Below, piece by piece: positions 40,201 to 53,897 of a stretch of 64,000 nucleotides of DNA. The position numbers and the translations under genes were made by a program. Every line of letters begins with the position of its first letter. The stretch's first letter is position 1. Source of the stretch: Macrostomum lignano (taxonomy: Eukaryota); the NCBI GenBank assembly GCA_002269645.1, contig NIVC01000038.1, forward strand, positions 1,364,001-1,428,000, given 5' to 3'. Under the pieces are notes generated by a model. That model was given only the letters and a program-made list of their open reading frames with translations, was not told the DNA's origin and did no database searches.

Positions 40201-43200
40201 GTTTACATGACGCTTCTATGATTGTTTACATGACGCTTCTATGATTTTTACATGACGCTTCTATGATTTTTACATGACGCTTCTATGATTTTTACATGAC
40301 GCTTCTATGATTGTTTAATGACGCTTCTATGATTGTTTACATGACGCTTCTATGATTGTTTACATGACGCTTCTATGATTGTTTACATGACGCTTCTATG
40401 ATTGTTTACATGACGCTTCTATGATTTTTTACATGACGCTTCTATGATTGTTTACATGACGCTTCTATGATTGTTTACATGACGCTTCTATGATTGTTTA
40501 CATGACGCTTCTATGATTGTTTACATGACGCTTCTATGATTTTTAATGACGCTTCTATGATTGTTTACATGACGCTTCTATGATTGTTTACATGACGCTT
40601 CTATGATTTTTACATGACGCTTCTATGATTTTTACATGACGCTTCTATGATTTTTACATGACGCTTCTATGATTGTTTACATGACGCTTCTATGATTGTT
40701 TACATGACGCTTCTATGATTGTTTACATGACGCTTCTATGATTGTTTACATGACGCTTCTATGATTGTTTACATGACGCTTCTATGATTGTTTACATGAC
40801 GCTTCTATGATTGTTTACATGACGCTTCTATGATTGTTTACATGACGCTTCTATGATTGTTTACATGACGCTTCTATGATTGTTTACATGACGCTTCTAT
40901 GATTTTTACATGACGCTTCTATGATTGTTTACATGACGCTTCTATGATTGTTTACATGACGCTTCTATGATTTTTACATGACGCTTCTATGATTGTTTAC
41001 ATGACGCTTCTATGATTTTTACATGACGCTTCTATGATTTTTACATGACGCTTCTATGATTTTTACATGACGCTTCTATGATTTTTACATGACGCTTCTA
41101 TGATTTTTACATGACGCTTCTATGATTTTTACATGACGCTTCTATGATTTTTAATGACGCTTCTATGATTGTTTACATGACGCTTCTATGATTTTTACAT
41201 GACGCTTCTATGATTTTTACATGACGCTTCTATGATTGTTTACATGACGCTTCTATGATTGTTTACATGACGCTTCTATGATTTTTACATGACGCTTCTA
41301 TGATTTTTACATGACGCTTCTATGATTGTTTACATGACGCTTCTATGATTGTTTACATGACGCTTCTATGATTGTTTACATGACGCTTCTATGATTTTTA
41401 CATGACGCTTCTATGATTTTTACATGACGCTTCTATGATTGTTTACATGACGCTTCTATGATTTTTACATGACGCTTCTATGATTTTTACATGACGCTTC
41501 TATGATTGTTTACATGACGCTTCTATGATTTTTTACATGACGCTTCTATGATTTTTACATGACGCTTCTATGATTGTTTACATGACGCTTCTATGATTTT
41601 TACATGACGCTTCTATGATTTTTACATGACGCTTCTATGATTGTTTACATGACGCTTCTATGATTGTTTACATGACGCTTCTATGATTGTTTACATGACG
41701 CTTCTATGATTTTTTACATGACGCTTCTATGATTTTTTACATGACGCTTCTATGATTTTTACATGACGCTTCTATGATTTTTACATGACGCTTCTATGAT
41801 TTTTACATGACGCTTCTATGATTGTTTACATGACGCTTCTATGATTTTTTACATGACGCTTCTATGATTTTTACATGACGCTTCTATGATTGTTTACATG
41901 ACGCTTCTATGATTTTTACATGACGCTTCTATGATTTTTACATGACGCTTCTATGATTTTTACATGACGCTTCTATGATTTTTACATGACGCTTCTATGA
42001 TTGTTTACATGACGCTTCTATGATTTTTACATGACGCTTCTATGATTGTTTACATGACGCTTCTATGATTTTTACATGACGCTTCTATGATTTTTACATG
42101 ACGCTTCTATGATTTTTACATGACGCTTCTATGATTGTTTACATGACGCTTCTATGATTTTTACATGACGCTTCTATGATTGTTTACATGACGCTTCTAT
42201 GATTTTTACATGACGCTTCTATGATTTTTACATGACGCTTCTATGATTTTTACATGACGCTTCTATGATTTTTACATGACGCTTCTATGATTGTTTACAT
42301 GACGCTTCTATGATTGTTTACATGACGCTTCTATGATTGTTTACATGACGCTTCTATGATTGTTTACATGACGCTTCTATGATTGTTTACATGACGCTTC
42401 TATGATTTTTTACATGACGCTTCTATGATTGTTTACATGACGCTTCTATGATTGTTTACATGACGCTTCTATGATTGTTTACATGACGCTTCTATGATTT
42501 TTACATGACGCTTCTATGATTTTTACATGACGCTTCTATGATTGTTTACATGACGCTTCTATGATTGTTTACATGACGCTTCTATGATTTTTACATGACG
42601 CTTCTATGATTTTTACATGACGCTTCTATGATTTTTACATGACGCTTCTATGATTGTTTACATGACGCTTCTATGATTGTTTACATGACGCTTCTATGAT
42701 TTTTACATGACGCTTCTATGATTGTTTACATGACGCTTCTATGATTGTTTACATACATGACGCTTCTATGATTTTTTACATGACGCTTCTATGATTGTTT
42801 ACATGACGCTTCTATGATTTTTTACATGACGCTTCTATGATTGTTTACATGACGCTTCTATGATTGTTTACATGACGCTTCTATGATTTTTACATGACGC
42901 TTCTATGATTTTTACATGACGCTTCTATGATTTTTACATGACGCTTCTATGATTGTTTACATGACGCTTCTATGATTGTTTACATGACGCTTCTATGATT
43001 GTTTACATGACGCTTCTATGATTGTTTACATGACGCTTCTATGATTGTTTACATGACGCTTCTATGATTTTTACATGACGCTTCTATGATTGTTTACATG
43101 ACGCTTCTATGATTGTTTACATGACGCTTCTATGATTGTTTACATGACGCTTCTATGATTTTTACATGACGCTTCTATGATTTTTACATGACGCTTCTAT

Positions 43201-46200
43201 GATTGTTTACATGACGCTTCTATGATTGTTTACATGACGCTTCTATGATTGTTTACATGACGCTTCTATGATTGTTTACATGACGCTTCTATGATTGTTT
43301 ACATGACGCTTCTATGATTGTTTACATGACGCTTCTATGATTGTTTACATGACGCTTCTATGATTGTTTACATGACGCTTCTATGATTGTTTACATGACG
43401 CTTCTATGATTTTTACATGACGCTTCTATGATTGTTTACATGACGCTTCTATGATTGTTTACATGACGCTTCTATGATTGTTTACATGACGCTTCTATGA
43501 TTTTTACATGACGCTTCTATGATTGTTTACATGACGCTTCTATGATTGTTTACATGACGCTTCTATGATTTTTACATGACGCTTCTATGATTGTTTACAT
43601 GACGCTTCTATGATTTTTACATGACGCTTCTATGATTGTTTACATGACGCTTCTATGATTTTTACATGACGCTTCTATGATTGTTTACATGACGCTTCTA
43701 TGATTTTTACATGACGCTTCTATGATTGTTTACATGACGCTTCTATGATTGTTTACATGACGCTTCTATGATTGTTTACATGACGCTTCTATGATTTTTA
43801 CATGACGCTTCTATGATTGTTTACATGACGCTTCTATGATTGTTTACATGACGCTTCTATGATTGTTTACATGACGCTTCTATGATTGTTTACATGACGC
43901 TTCTATGATTGTTTACATGACGCTTCTATGATTGTTTACATGACGCTTCTATGATTGTTTACATGACGCTTCTATGATTGTTTACATGACGCTTCTATGA
44001 TTGTTTACATGACGCTTCTATGATTGTTTACATGACGCTTCTATGATTGTTTACATGACGCTTCTATGATTGTTTACATGACGCTTCTATGATTTTTACA
44101 TGACGCTTCTATGATTGTTTACATGACGCTTCTATGATTTTTACATGACGCTTCTATGATTGTTTACATGACGCTTCTATGATTTTTACATGACGCTTCT
44201 ATGATTGTTTACATGACGCTTCTATGATTTTTACATGACGCTTCTATGATTGTTTACATGACGCTTCTATGATTGTTTACATGACGCTTCTATGATTGTT
44301 TACATGACGCTTCTATGATTGTTTACATGACGCTTCTATGATTGTTTACATGACGCTTCTATGATTGTTTACATGACGCTTCTATGATTGTTTACATGAC
44401 GCTTCTATGATTGTTTACATGACGCTTCTATGATTGTTTACATGACGCTTCTATGATTTTTACATGACGCTTCTATGATTGTTTACATGACGCTTCTATG
44501 ATTGTTTACATGACGCTTCTATGATTGTTTACATGACGCTTCTATGATTGTTTACATGACGCTTCTATGATTGTTTACATGACGCTTCTATGATTTTTAC
44601 ATGACGCTTCTATGATTGTTTACATGACGCTTCTATGATTGTTTACATGACGCTTCTATGATTGTTTACATGACGCTTCTATGATTGTTTACATGACGCT
44701 TCTATGATTTTTACATGACGCTTCTATGATTGTTTACATGACGCTTCTATGATTTTTACATGACGCTTCTATGATTGTTTACATGACGCTTCTATGATTT
44801 TTACATGACGCTTCTATGATTGTTTACATGACGCTTCTATGATTTTTACATGACGCTTCTATGATTGTTTACATGACGCTTCTATGATTTTTACATGACG
44901 CTTCTATGATTGTTTACATGACGCTTCTATGATTTTTACATGACGCTTCTATGATTGTTTACATGACGCTTCTATGATTTTTACATGACGCTTCTATGAT
45001 TGTTTACATGACGCTTCTATGATTTTTACATGACGCTTCTATGATTGTTTACATGACGCTTCTATGATTTTTACATGACGCTTCTATGATTTTTACATGA
45101 CGCTTCTATGATTGTTTACATGACGCTTCTATGATTTTTACATGACGCTTCTATGATTTTTACATGACGCTTCTATGATTTTTACATGACGCTTCTATGA
45201 TTTTTACATGACGCTTCTATGATTGTTTACATGACGCTTCTATGATTGTTTACATGACGCTTCTATGATTGTTTACATGACGCTTCTATGATTGTTTACA
45301 TGACGCTTCTATGATTTTTACATGACGCTTCTATGATTGTTTACATGACGCTTCTATGATTTTTACATGACGCTTCTATGATTGTTTACATGACGCTTCT
45401 ATGATTTTTACATGACGCTTCTATGATTTTTACATGACGCTTCTATGATTTTTACATGACGCTTCTATGATTTTTACATGACGCTTCTATGATTGTTTAC
45501 ATGACGCTTCTATGATTGTTTACATGACGCTTCTATGATTTTTACATGACGCTTCTATGATTGTTTACATGACGCTTCTATGATTTTTACATGACGCTTC
45601 TATGATTGTTTACATGACGCTTCTATGATTGTTTACATGACGCTTCTATGATTGTTTACATGACGCTTCTATGATTTTTACATGACGCTTCTATGATTTT
45701 TACATGACGCTTCTATGATTTTTACATGACGCTTCTATGATTGTTTACATGACGCTTCTATGATTTTTACATGACGCTTCTATGATTGTTTACATGACGC
45801 TTCTATGATTTTTACATGACGCTTCTATGATTTTTACATGACGCTTCTATGATTGTTTACATGACGCTTCTATGATTGTTTACATGACGCTTCTATGATT
45901 GTTTACATGACGCTTCTATGATTGTTTACATGACGCTTCTATGATTGTTTACATGACGCTTCTATGATTGTTTACATGACGCTTCTATGATTGTTTACAT
46001 GACGCTTCTATGATTGTTTACATGACGCTTCTATGATTGTTTACATGACGCTTCTATGATTTTTACATGACGCTTCTATGATTGTTTACATGACGCTTCT
46101 ATGATTGTTTACATGACGCTTCTATGATTGTTTACATGACGCTTCTATGATTTTTACATGACGCTTCTATGATTGTTTACATGACGCTTCTATGATTGTT

Positions 46201-49200
46201 TACATGACGCTTCTATGATTGTTTACATGACGCTTCTATGATTGTTTACATGACGCTTCTATGATTGTTTACATGACGCTTCTATGATTTTTACATGACG
46301 CTTCTATGATTTTTACATGACGCTTCTATGATTTTTACATGACGCTTCTATGATTTTTACATGACGCTTCTATGATTTTTACATGACGCTTCTATGATTT
46401 TTACATGACGCTTCTATGATTTTTACATGACGCTTCTATGATTGTTTACATGACGCTTCTATGATTGTTTACATGACGCTTCTATGATTGTTTACATGAC
46501 GCTTCTATGATTGTTTACATGACGCTTCTATGATTTTTACATGACGCTTCTATGATTGTTTACATGACGCTTCTATGATTGTTTACATGACGCTTCTATG
46601 ATTGTTTACATGACGCTTCTATGATTTTTACATGACGCTTCTATGATTTTTACATGACGCTTCTATGATTTTTACATGACGCTTCTATGATTGTTTACAT
46701 GACGCTTCTATGATTGTTTACATGACGCTTCTATGATTGTTTACATGACGCTTCTATGATTGTTTACATGACGCTTCTATGATTGTTTACATGACGCTTC
46801 TATGATTGTTTACATGACGCTTCTATGATTGTTTACATGACGCTTCTATGATTGTTTACATGACGCTTCTATGATTGTTTACATGACGCTTCTATGATTT
46901 TTACATGACGCTTCTATGATTTTTACATGACGCTTCTATGATTTTTACATGACGCTTCTATGATTGTTTACATGACGCTTCTATGATTTTTACATGACGC
47001 TTCTATGATTTTTACATGACGCTTCTATGATTTTTACATGACGCTTCTATGATTTTTACATGACGCTTCTATGATTGTTTACATGACGCTTCTATGATTG
47101 TTTACATGACGCTTCTATGATTGTTTACATGACGCTTCTATGATTGTTTACATGACGCTTCTATGATTGTTTACATGACGCTTCTATGATTGTTTACATG
47201 ACGCTTCTATGATTGTTTACATGACGCTTCTATGATTGTTTACATGACGCTTCTATGATTGTTTACATGACGCTTCTATGATTTTTACATGACGCTTCTA
47301 TGATTGTTTACATGACGCTTCTATGATTTTTACATGACGCTTCTATGATTTTTACATGACGCTTCTATGATTTTTACATGACGCTTCTATGATTTTTACA
47401 TGACGCTTCTATGATTTTTACATGACGCTTCTATGATTTTTACATGACGCTTCTATGATTTTTACATGACGCTTCTATGATTTTTACATGACGCTTCTAT
47501 GATTTTTACATGACGCTTCTATGATTGTTTACATGACGCTTCTATGATTTTTACATGACGCTTCTATGATTTTTACATGACGCTTCTATGATTTTTACAT
47601 GACGCTTCTATGATTTTTACATGACGCTTCTATGATTTTTACATGACGCTTCTATGATTGTTTACATGACGCTTCTATGATTTTTACATGACGCTTCTAT
47701 GATTTTTACATGACGCTTCTATGATTTTTACATGACGCTTCTATGATTTTTACATGACGCTTCTATGATTGTTTACATGACGCTTCTATGATTGTTTACA
47801 TGACGCTTCTATGATTGTTTACATGACGCTTCTATGATTGTTTACATGACGCTTCTATGATTGTTTACATGACGCTTCTATGATTGTTTACATGACGCTT
47901 CTATGATTGTTTACATGACGCTTCTATGATTGTTTACATGACGCTTCTATGATTTTTACATGACGCTTCTATGATTTTTACATGACGCTTCTATGATTTT
48001 TACATGACGCTTCTATGATTGTTTACATGACGCTTCTATGATTTTTACATGACGCTTCTATGATTTTTACATGACGCTTCTATGATTTTTACATGACGCT
48101 TCTATGATTGTTTACATGACGCTTCTATGATTGTTTACATGACGCTTCTATGATTGTTTACATGACGCTTCTATGATTGTTTACATGACGCTTCTATGAT
48201 TGTTTACATGACGCTTCTATGATTGTTTACATGACGCTTCTATGATTGTTTACATGACGCTTCTATGATTGTTTACATGACGCTTCTATGATTGTTTACA
48301 TGACGCTTCTATGATTGTTTACATGACGCTTCTATGATTGTTTACATGACGCTTCTATGATTGTTTACATGACGCTTCTATGATTGTTTACATGACGCTT
48401 CTATGATTGTTTACATGACGCTTCTATGATTGTTTACATGACGCTTCTATGATTGTTTACATGACGCTTCTATGATTGTTTACATGACGCTTCTATGATT
48501 GTTTACATGACGCTTCTATGATTGTTTACATGACGCTTCTATGATTTTTACATGACGCTTCTATGATTTTTTCATGACGCTTCTATGATTTTTACATGAC
48601 GCTTCTATGATTTTTACATGACGCTTCTATGATTGTTTACATGACGCTTCTATGATTTTTACATGACGCTTCTATGATTGTTTACATGACGCTTCTATGA
48701 TTGTTTACATGACGCTTCTATGATTTTTTACATGACGCTTCTATGATTTTTACATGACGCTTCTATGATTGTTTACATGACGCTTCTATGATTGTTTACA
48801 TGACGCTTCTATGATTGTTTACATGACGCTTCTATGATTGTTTACATGACGCTTCTATGATTTTTTACATGACGCTTCTATGATTTTTACATGACGCTTC
48901 TATGATTTTTACATGACGCTTCTATGATTTTTACATGACGCTTCTATGATTTTTACATGACGCTTCTATGATTTTTACATGACGCTTCTATGATTTTTAC
49001 ATGACGCTTCTATGATTGTTTACATGACGCTTCTATGATTTTTACATGACGCTTCTATGATTTTTACATGACGCTTCTATGATTTTTACATGACGCTTCT
49101 ATGATTGTTTACATGACGCTTCTATGATTGTTTACATGACGCTTCTATGATTGTTTACATGACGCTTCTATGATTTTTTACATGACGCTTCTATGATTTT

Positions 49201-51558
49201 TACATGACGCTTCTATGATTTTTACATGACGCTTCTATGATTTTTTACATGACGCTTCTATGATTTTTTACATGACGCTTCTATGATTTTTTACATGACG
49301 CTTCTATGATTTTTACATGACGCTTCTATGATTGTTTACATGACGCTTCTATGATTTTTAATGACGCTTCTATGATTTTTTCATGACGCTTCTATGATTT
49401 TTTACATGACGCTTCTATGATTTTTAATGACGCTTCTATGATTGTTTACATGACGCTTCTATGATTGTTTACATGACGCTTCTATGATTTTTTACATGAC
49501 ACTTCTATGATTGTTTACATGACGCTTCTATGATTTTTTACATGACGCTTCTACGATTTTTACATGACGCTTCTTTTTAAAAAGTCTTTTAGTTTTCCTG
49601 ACGTTGAAAAGATTTAATTAAAAAATTATACTCTATGAAAATTCAAACCATCGTCGCTGCATTTAGCAGTTCAGTTTGTTCACCTCTAGGCTAGCTCTCA
49701 TCGTTTTGATAACATCAACTTTTGCACTTATATAACTCAACACTTTTAAATCCAAGTATAGAGTAAATCACACGAAGCAGTTATGACATAATCAATTTCT
49801 CAGTCAGTCAGTATCAGTTAACAATATGGTTACGCAATTTAAATCAAGTCTGGTGCTACGCTTCCACACTGCATTTTCAATTCAAGTCGGAGTTACAATT
49901 CAGTTATGATGCAATCTATTTCAGAGTCAGAATTCAACCAGTCAGTTTTTTCTCTAGCATTCTTACAATGCATTTCAAGTCAAAAAGTTTGCTTGACCTT
50001 TGCAAAAAAGCATGTTTTTCGAATATTTAATGCCTTTAGCATCGAGCAATTTCTTAGCCATAATGCATGTACCGTCACGGGAAAATTTCTGATCGAACAG
50101 TGCAAGTTCGAACAAAATCGGTCCAGCCATTTTTTCTCTAATCTATCACATATATATATATATATATATAGACATCACATTTTTAGTATATAGGAAGGAC
50201 AAGCTGTTGAAACCCGTGGATTTTGAACCCGGGGAACTCCATTCCCCGGAATTATTTTTGCATGTATTCTAAAATCTGAGGTAAAACTCAAACAAAAACT
50301 TGTTCCCTTGTTAATAGTTAGGATAGAGTTAGGATCATGTAAAATTAGGATTTGAGGCAAACATTGATATTGTTGGCTGGGGTGCTGCACAGAATGTCAG
50401 GCAAACTCTGGCCTCTACCTTTGACTCTCCCTATGTCCTTTGCATCCTTTGAAATTTCCATCTTCTTTTCTGTTTCCTATCTTCTCTCTCGTCTCTTCTC
50501 TCTCTCCCCTCTTATCTCTTCTTTCTTCTCTCCTCTCTTGTCTCTTCTCTCATCTCTTCCCTCTCCCCTCTATTCTTTTCTCTCTCTTCTCCTCTCTTCG
50601 CTCTGGTCTCTGGTCTCTCATATCTCCTTTCTCCTGTTTTATCTTTTCTCATTTCTCTCTGCTCTCTACTCTCTCTTCCCTCTGCTCTCTGCTCTCTCTT
50701 CCCTCACCTCTCTTCTCACTCCTTACTCTACCCTCTCTTAAAACTTTCCTTATCTCTACTCTCTCCTTTTTCCTCTCTTCTCTTAACTCTTTCCTCTCCT
50801 CTGTCCACTCTCTCCTCTCATCTCTCTGCTCTCTCCTATCCTATCTCTCTTCTCTCTAATCTCTCCCCTCTTTCCTCTCCTCTCTCGTCCTTTTCACCAA
50901 TTTCCCCTGTCCTCTCGATTCTCTCCCCTTCCCCTCCTCTCTCCTCACTCCCTTCTCATCTCTCCTTTGTCTCCACCTTTCATCTCTTATTTCTTATCTC
51001 TCCTCTTTTCTCTCTACTCTCCCATCTCTCGTCTGTTCACTCTCGTTTCTGTTCTCTCATCTCCCCTCTCTCATCTGTCATCTTTACTCTCATTTGTTCT
51101 CTCACCTCTCTCCCCTTGTACTCCTCTCTTTCCCCTTTTTTGACTCAGGAGGACTCGATCCTTTCTTCTTTCTTCTCGTCTCTTCTCTTCTATACTCTCT
51201 CCCTCTCTTGTCTTCTCTCTTCTCTCTCACTCTCCTCTCTTATATCGTCTGTTCACTCTCATCTTCGCTCTCTCATTCCGGTCTCTCTTCTGTCAACTCT
51301 ACTCTCCTCTCTACTGTGTACTCTTCTCTTCCCTCTTCTATACTCTCTCCCCTCTATTCTCTTCTCTCGTCTCTCTGCACTCTGCTTTCTCTTCCTTCAT
51401 CTCTCATCTCTATTCTCTTGATTATCTTTTCTTTCATCTCTCCCATCTCTTTCCTCTCTCCTCCTTTTCCCTTAACTCTATCATTTCTCCTTTCTCCTCT
51501 CAACTCTCTCTCTTATCTCATCTTCCCACTCCCCCCGGTCTCTCTCTCTCTTTGTCTT

Positions 51559-51596
<38 letters not shown>

Positions 51597-53897
51597 TCTC
51601 TCTCTCTCTCTCATCTCTTATCTCCTCTTCTCACTCCTCTTTCCCCCCCCTCTTATCTCCTCTTTTCTCTATCATTTCTAATCTCTCCTCTTGATCCTCT
51701 CTCATCTACCTCTCTGTTCTCTCATCCCTTCTCACTCTTCTCTACTCTCCTCTCTAATCGATCTTCTGTCTCATCTCTCCCCTCTTCTCTCTCCATCTTC
51801 TCACCTCTACTATTTCCTCTCCCTTCTCTCTCCCCTCCTCTCGCTTCTTCGTCCCATATTCTGTTCTCTCCTCAACCTCCTCGTCTCTCCTGTTATCTTC
51901 TATCTTTTCTCTTACCCCCTCTTGCCCCTCCTCCCTTTCTAATAGTCTTCCTTTTCCTTTTCACTCTCATCTAACCTGCAGCCATGAGCTGGATTCTTTA
52001 TCTGGCCTTTGAGATTAAAATCTGTCTTCAAAAGCCAGTTTGTGGGACGTAGTACTATCATGGTTGTTATCATTTCTCATGCTTTAATCACGTCATCTTT
52101 CTGGCCAATTAGCAGCCCTGAGAGGAATTTGTATATCTCCATTCTCCAGCTCCACCACCACAGTCTGCAGTAGTCTAACAACCAAGGAAATACGCATTTC
52201 TTAGGAGCCATTTAAATATTTAAGTTACCTTATGCGAATCTTAATGTTAAAAGCTTCATGCTGTAACTAACTAATTTAGTAGGATTGCATTGTAATCAGT
52301 TATTCATTAATTTTTTGCTATTTTTACAAACCATCCCACTTTGTCTTGACTTTTGATTTGCCATCCACTGTTAAACTGCTGCAGACTTGTCTATATAGAG
52401 GACAGTGGTTTAAATCTCTCGCTAAACTGTCTCTCCTCTCTATGCCTCTCCACTTGCGGGGGTGCAGAGAAGGCTATTAAAAAGTTATTCCAAAACACTG
52501 TACATTCGCTATCTACATTGAGCCCTATCGCCTAACCCTTCGTCTGGGCTGGGGGAATGAGTGAGTGAGCGGCACAAACAACAGAAAAAGCAGACAAACT
52601 TCACATGCTTACAGTTTCTGTTCTAGTTGAGATACAGAATTGAGACTTTATATTTGGACAGAGAATAAGTCAATGAAAAATTGTGTCAAGTTTGAAGTCA
52701 ATCACTTCACGTGAAACAAACGTATGGCAGCCCAAAGTTAGTCATTTAAAAACCTATTTGCACCCTTTGCCCAGATCGGGAAAGAGAGGCAGGCGGGCGG
52801 AGGTTGGGTTGGCTGCCTTGCTAAAAAAACAGCCTAACTTTAAAAGTGCACAGCGGCTTTCAGGATTAACTTTGAGATTTGAAATTTTACATGATTATGT
52901 CAAAATAGTTAAAGATTAAGTGTGTCAAATTTGAAGATGATTGATAAAAGTAGAGCGGTGCTATGGAGGATTAAGTGAAAAAATTGCGCATTTTGAGCAG
53001 TTTTTTGTACTTTTAGGCAGGAAGACTTGAGTCTAGGAAATTTAAAGGTAGCCTAAGACATTCTCCGTAGTAAGTTTAGGGTGGGTATAAAGTTTGGTGT
53101 AATTTGGTTGAGCGGTTTGGGAGTCCATAGCGATCAAAATTGTCCACACACAGACACACAGACACATAGACAGAGTTTTGATTTTTATAGGTATAGATTA
53201 TATATAGATCTTAGTAGGCCTTCCTTGAAATCATTATAGATTAATAATTACTAAATAAAAACAAAAAGGTAAATTATCTAAGATATAAAAATATTAAATT
53301 AGATACAAATTATGATTTGTAATTTAATTTTTTTAAATATTTGAAATAGAAAAACATTACTTATTATTAATTTAAACCTATTTATTTCGATCAAAAATAG
53401 CATAACTAGTTTAGCTTAGCTGCTTGAATCTTACTAAAATATCATTCTTAAAAATAACAATTGGAATATAATGAAATCTAACTTTACAATTTTGGCACAC
53501 CTAGCAAAGACATGACTTAGCATGCCACAGCCAAATCTTTCATTATCATTTCATACATATTTTATATTTTCAAAGTTGAATTTTTTATAAACAAAATTAA
53601 GAATAATTAAGAACTTACAGTTACTTTTGAAAAGCAAAGAAGCGCTTTGATGTGAACAGACCAATAGCAGGACAAGCAAACGAGAATGTTAAGAATTGCT
53701 ATGAGGGCAATTAATATAAATCCTAGCTCAATAGAACCATAAATACGAAAGAATGCAAGATTTAGCATCGCAAGCAAGTACATGACTGCAAATGGAAAAA
53801 CATATCCATGGAAAACAACTTGGTGAGATCGCAACAACGAAACATAAGCAATTCCAGACCCCTCAGATTTAGGGAAAATTGCCGAAGACTCTCCCAT
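25289..53897 (-). CDS. ATP13A1: P5A-type ATPase (ATP13A1/Spf1 orthologue), 12 exons: 53897-53619, 34763-34683, 34588-34328, 33574-33131, 32657-32457, 31727-31410, 30763-30359, 29857-29213, 28418(or 28409)-28053, 26984-26842, 26689-26431, 25399-25289; ~1170 aa
   Basis: [46 protein letters not shown]5A-diagnostic [59 protein letters not shown] and NYKGHPF. All 11 introns were placed at GT..AG with the frame preserved. Confidence 0.95.
25455..26380. repeat. ~11 bp GGGATCTG(A/G)TT repeat with an internal 178 bp duplication, ATP13A1 intron 11
   Basis: Direct reading; the marker ggatttatttggcatctg recurs, with ggcat at 26003 and 26181. Confidence 0.93.
27150..28030. repeat. 35 bp minisatellite TTATATCACACTACCGGTTCCTCAAACAGAAG(T/C)CA, ATP13A1 intron 9
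   Basis: Direct reading. Confidence 0.95.
28425..29095. repeat. 27 bp minisatellite GGCGATTGTTCATGGGGAATTAATATT, ATP13A1 intron 8
   Basis: Direct reading. Confidence 0.96.
29900..30325. repeat. 35 bp minisatellite ATCCCAGACTATGAAAAATCCCCATAATTTATGAA, ATP13A1 intron 7
   Basis: Direct reading. Confidence 0.95.
30795..31390. repeat. 16 bp minisatellite GTACATTGGGACATGT, ATP13A1 intron 6
   Basis: Direct reading. Confidence 0.92.
31765..32400. repeat. 25 bp minisatellite CAGGTTGGGTTCAGGGGCGATTGTT, ATP13A1 intron 5
   Basis: Direct reading. Confidence 0.95.
32720..33065. repeat. Degenerate CCCTAAA(CT)-rich tandem repeat, ATP13A1 intron 4
   Basis: Recurrent cctaaact/ccctaaat units, strongly eroded. 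Confidence 0.7.
33660..34270. repeat. ~25 bp purine-rich minisatellite GGGAGAGATCTAAGGGGAGATTGAA, ATP13A1 intron 3
   Basis: Direct reading. Confidence 0.92.
35699..35760. repeat. Interstitial telomere-like (CCCTAA)n tract
   Basis: ctaaccctaaccctagcctaaccctaacc...; about 10 imperfect TTAGGG units. Confidence 0.85.
36190..49575. repeat. 13.4 kb satellite of 22/23 bp unit CATGACGCTTCTATGATT(G/T)TTTA, ~590 copies, ATP13A1 intron 1
   Basis: Direct reading; copy number estimated as length divided by unit. Confidence 0.99.
50450..51975. repeat. Degenerate (CT)-rich polypyrimidine tract, ATP13A1 intron 1
   Basis: Direct reading; source of the S/L-rich spurious ORFs. Confidence 0.93.

Noticed and set aside
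49900-52920. Possible nested gene or extra ATP13A1 exon in the non-repeat parts of intron 1
   Set aside because: The stretches I translated (~50200-50450, ~52000-52540) contain stops and no recognisable homology. Exon 1 joins exon 2 in frame without a gap relative to known ATP13A1. A decayed transposon cannot be excluded.
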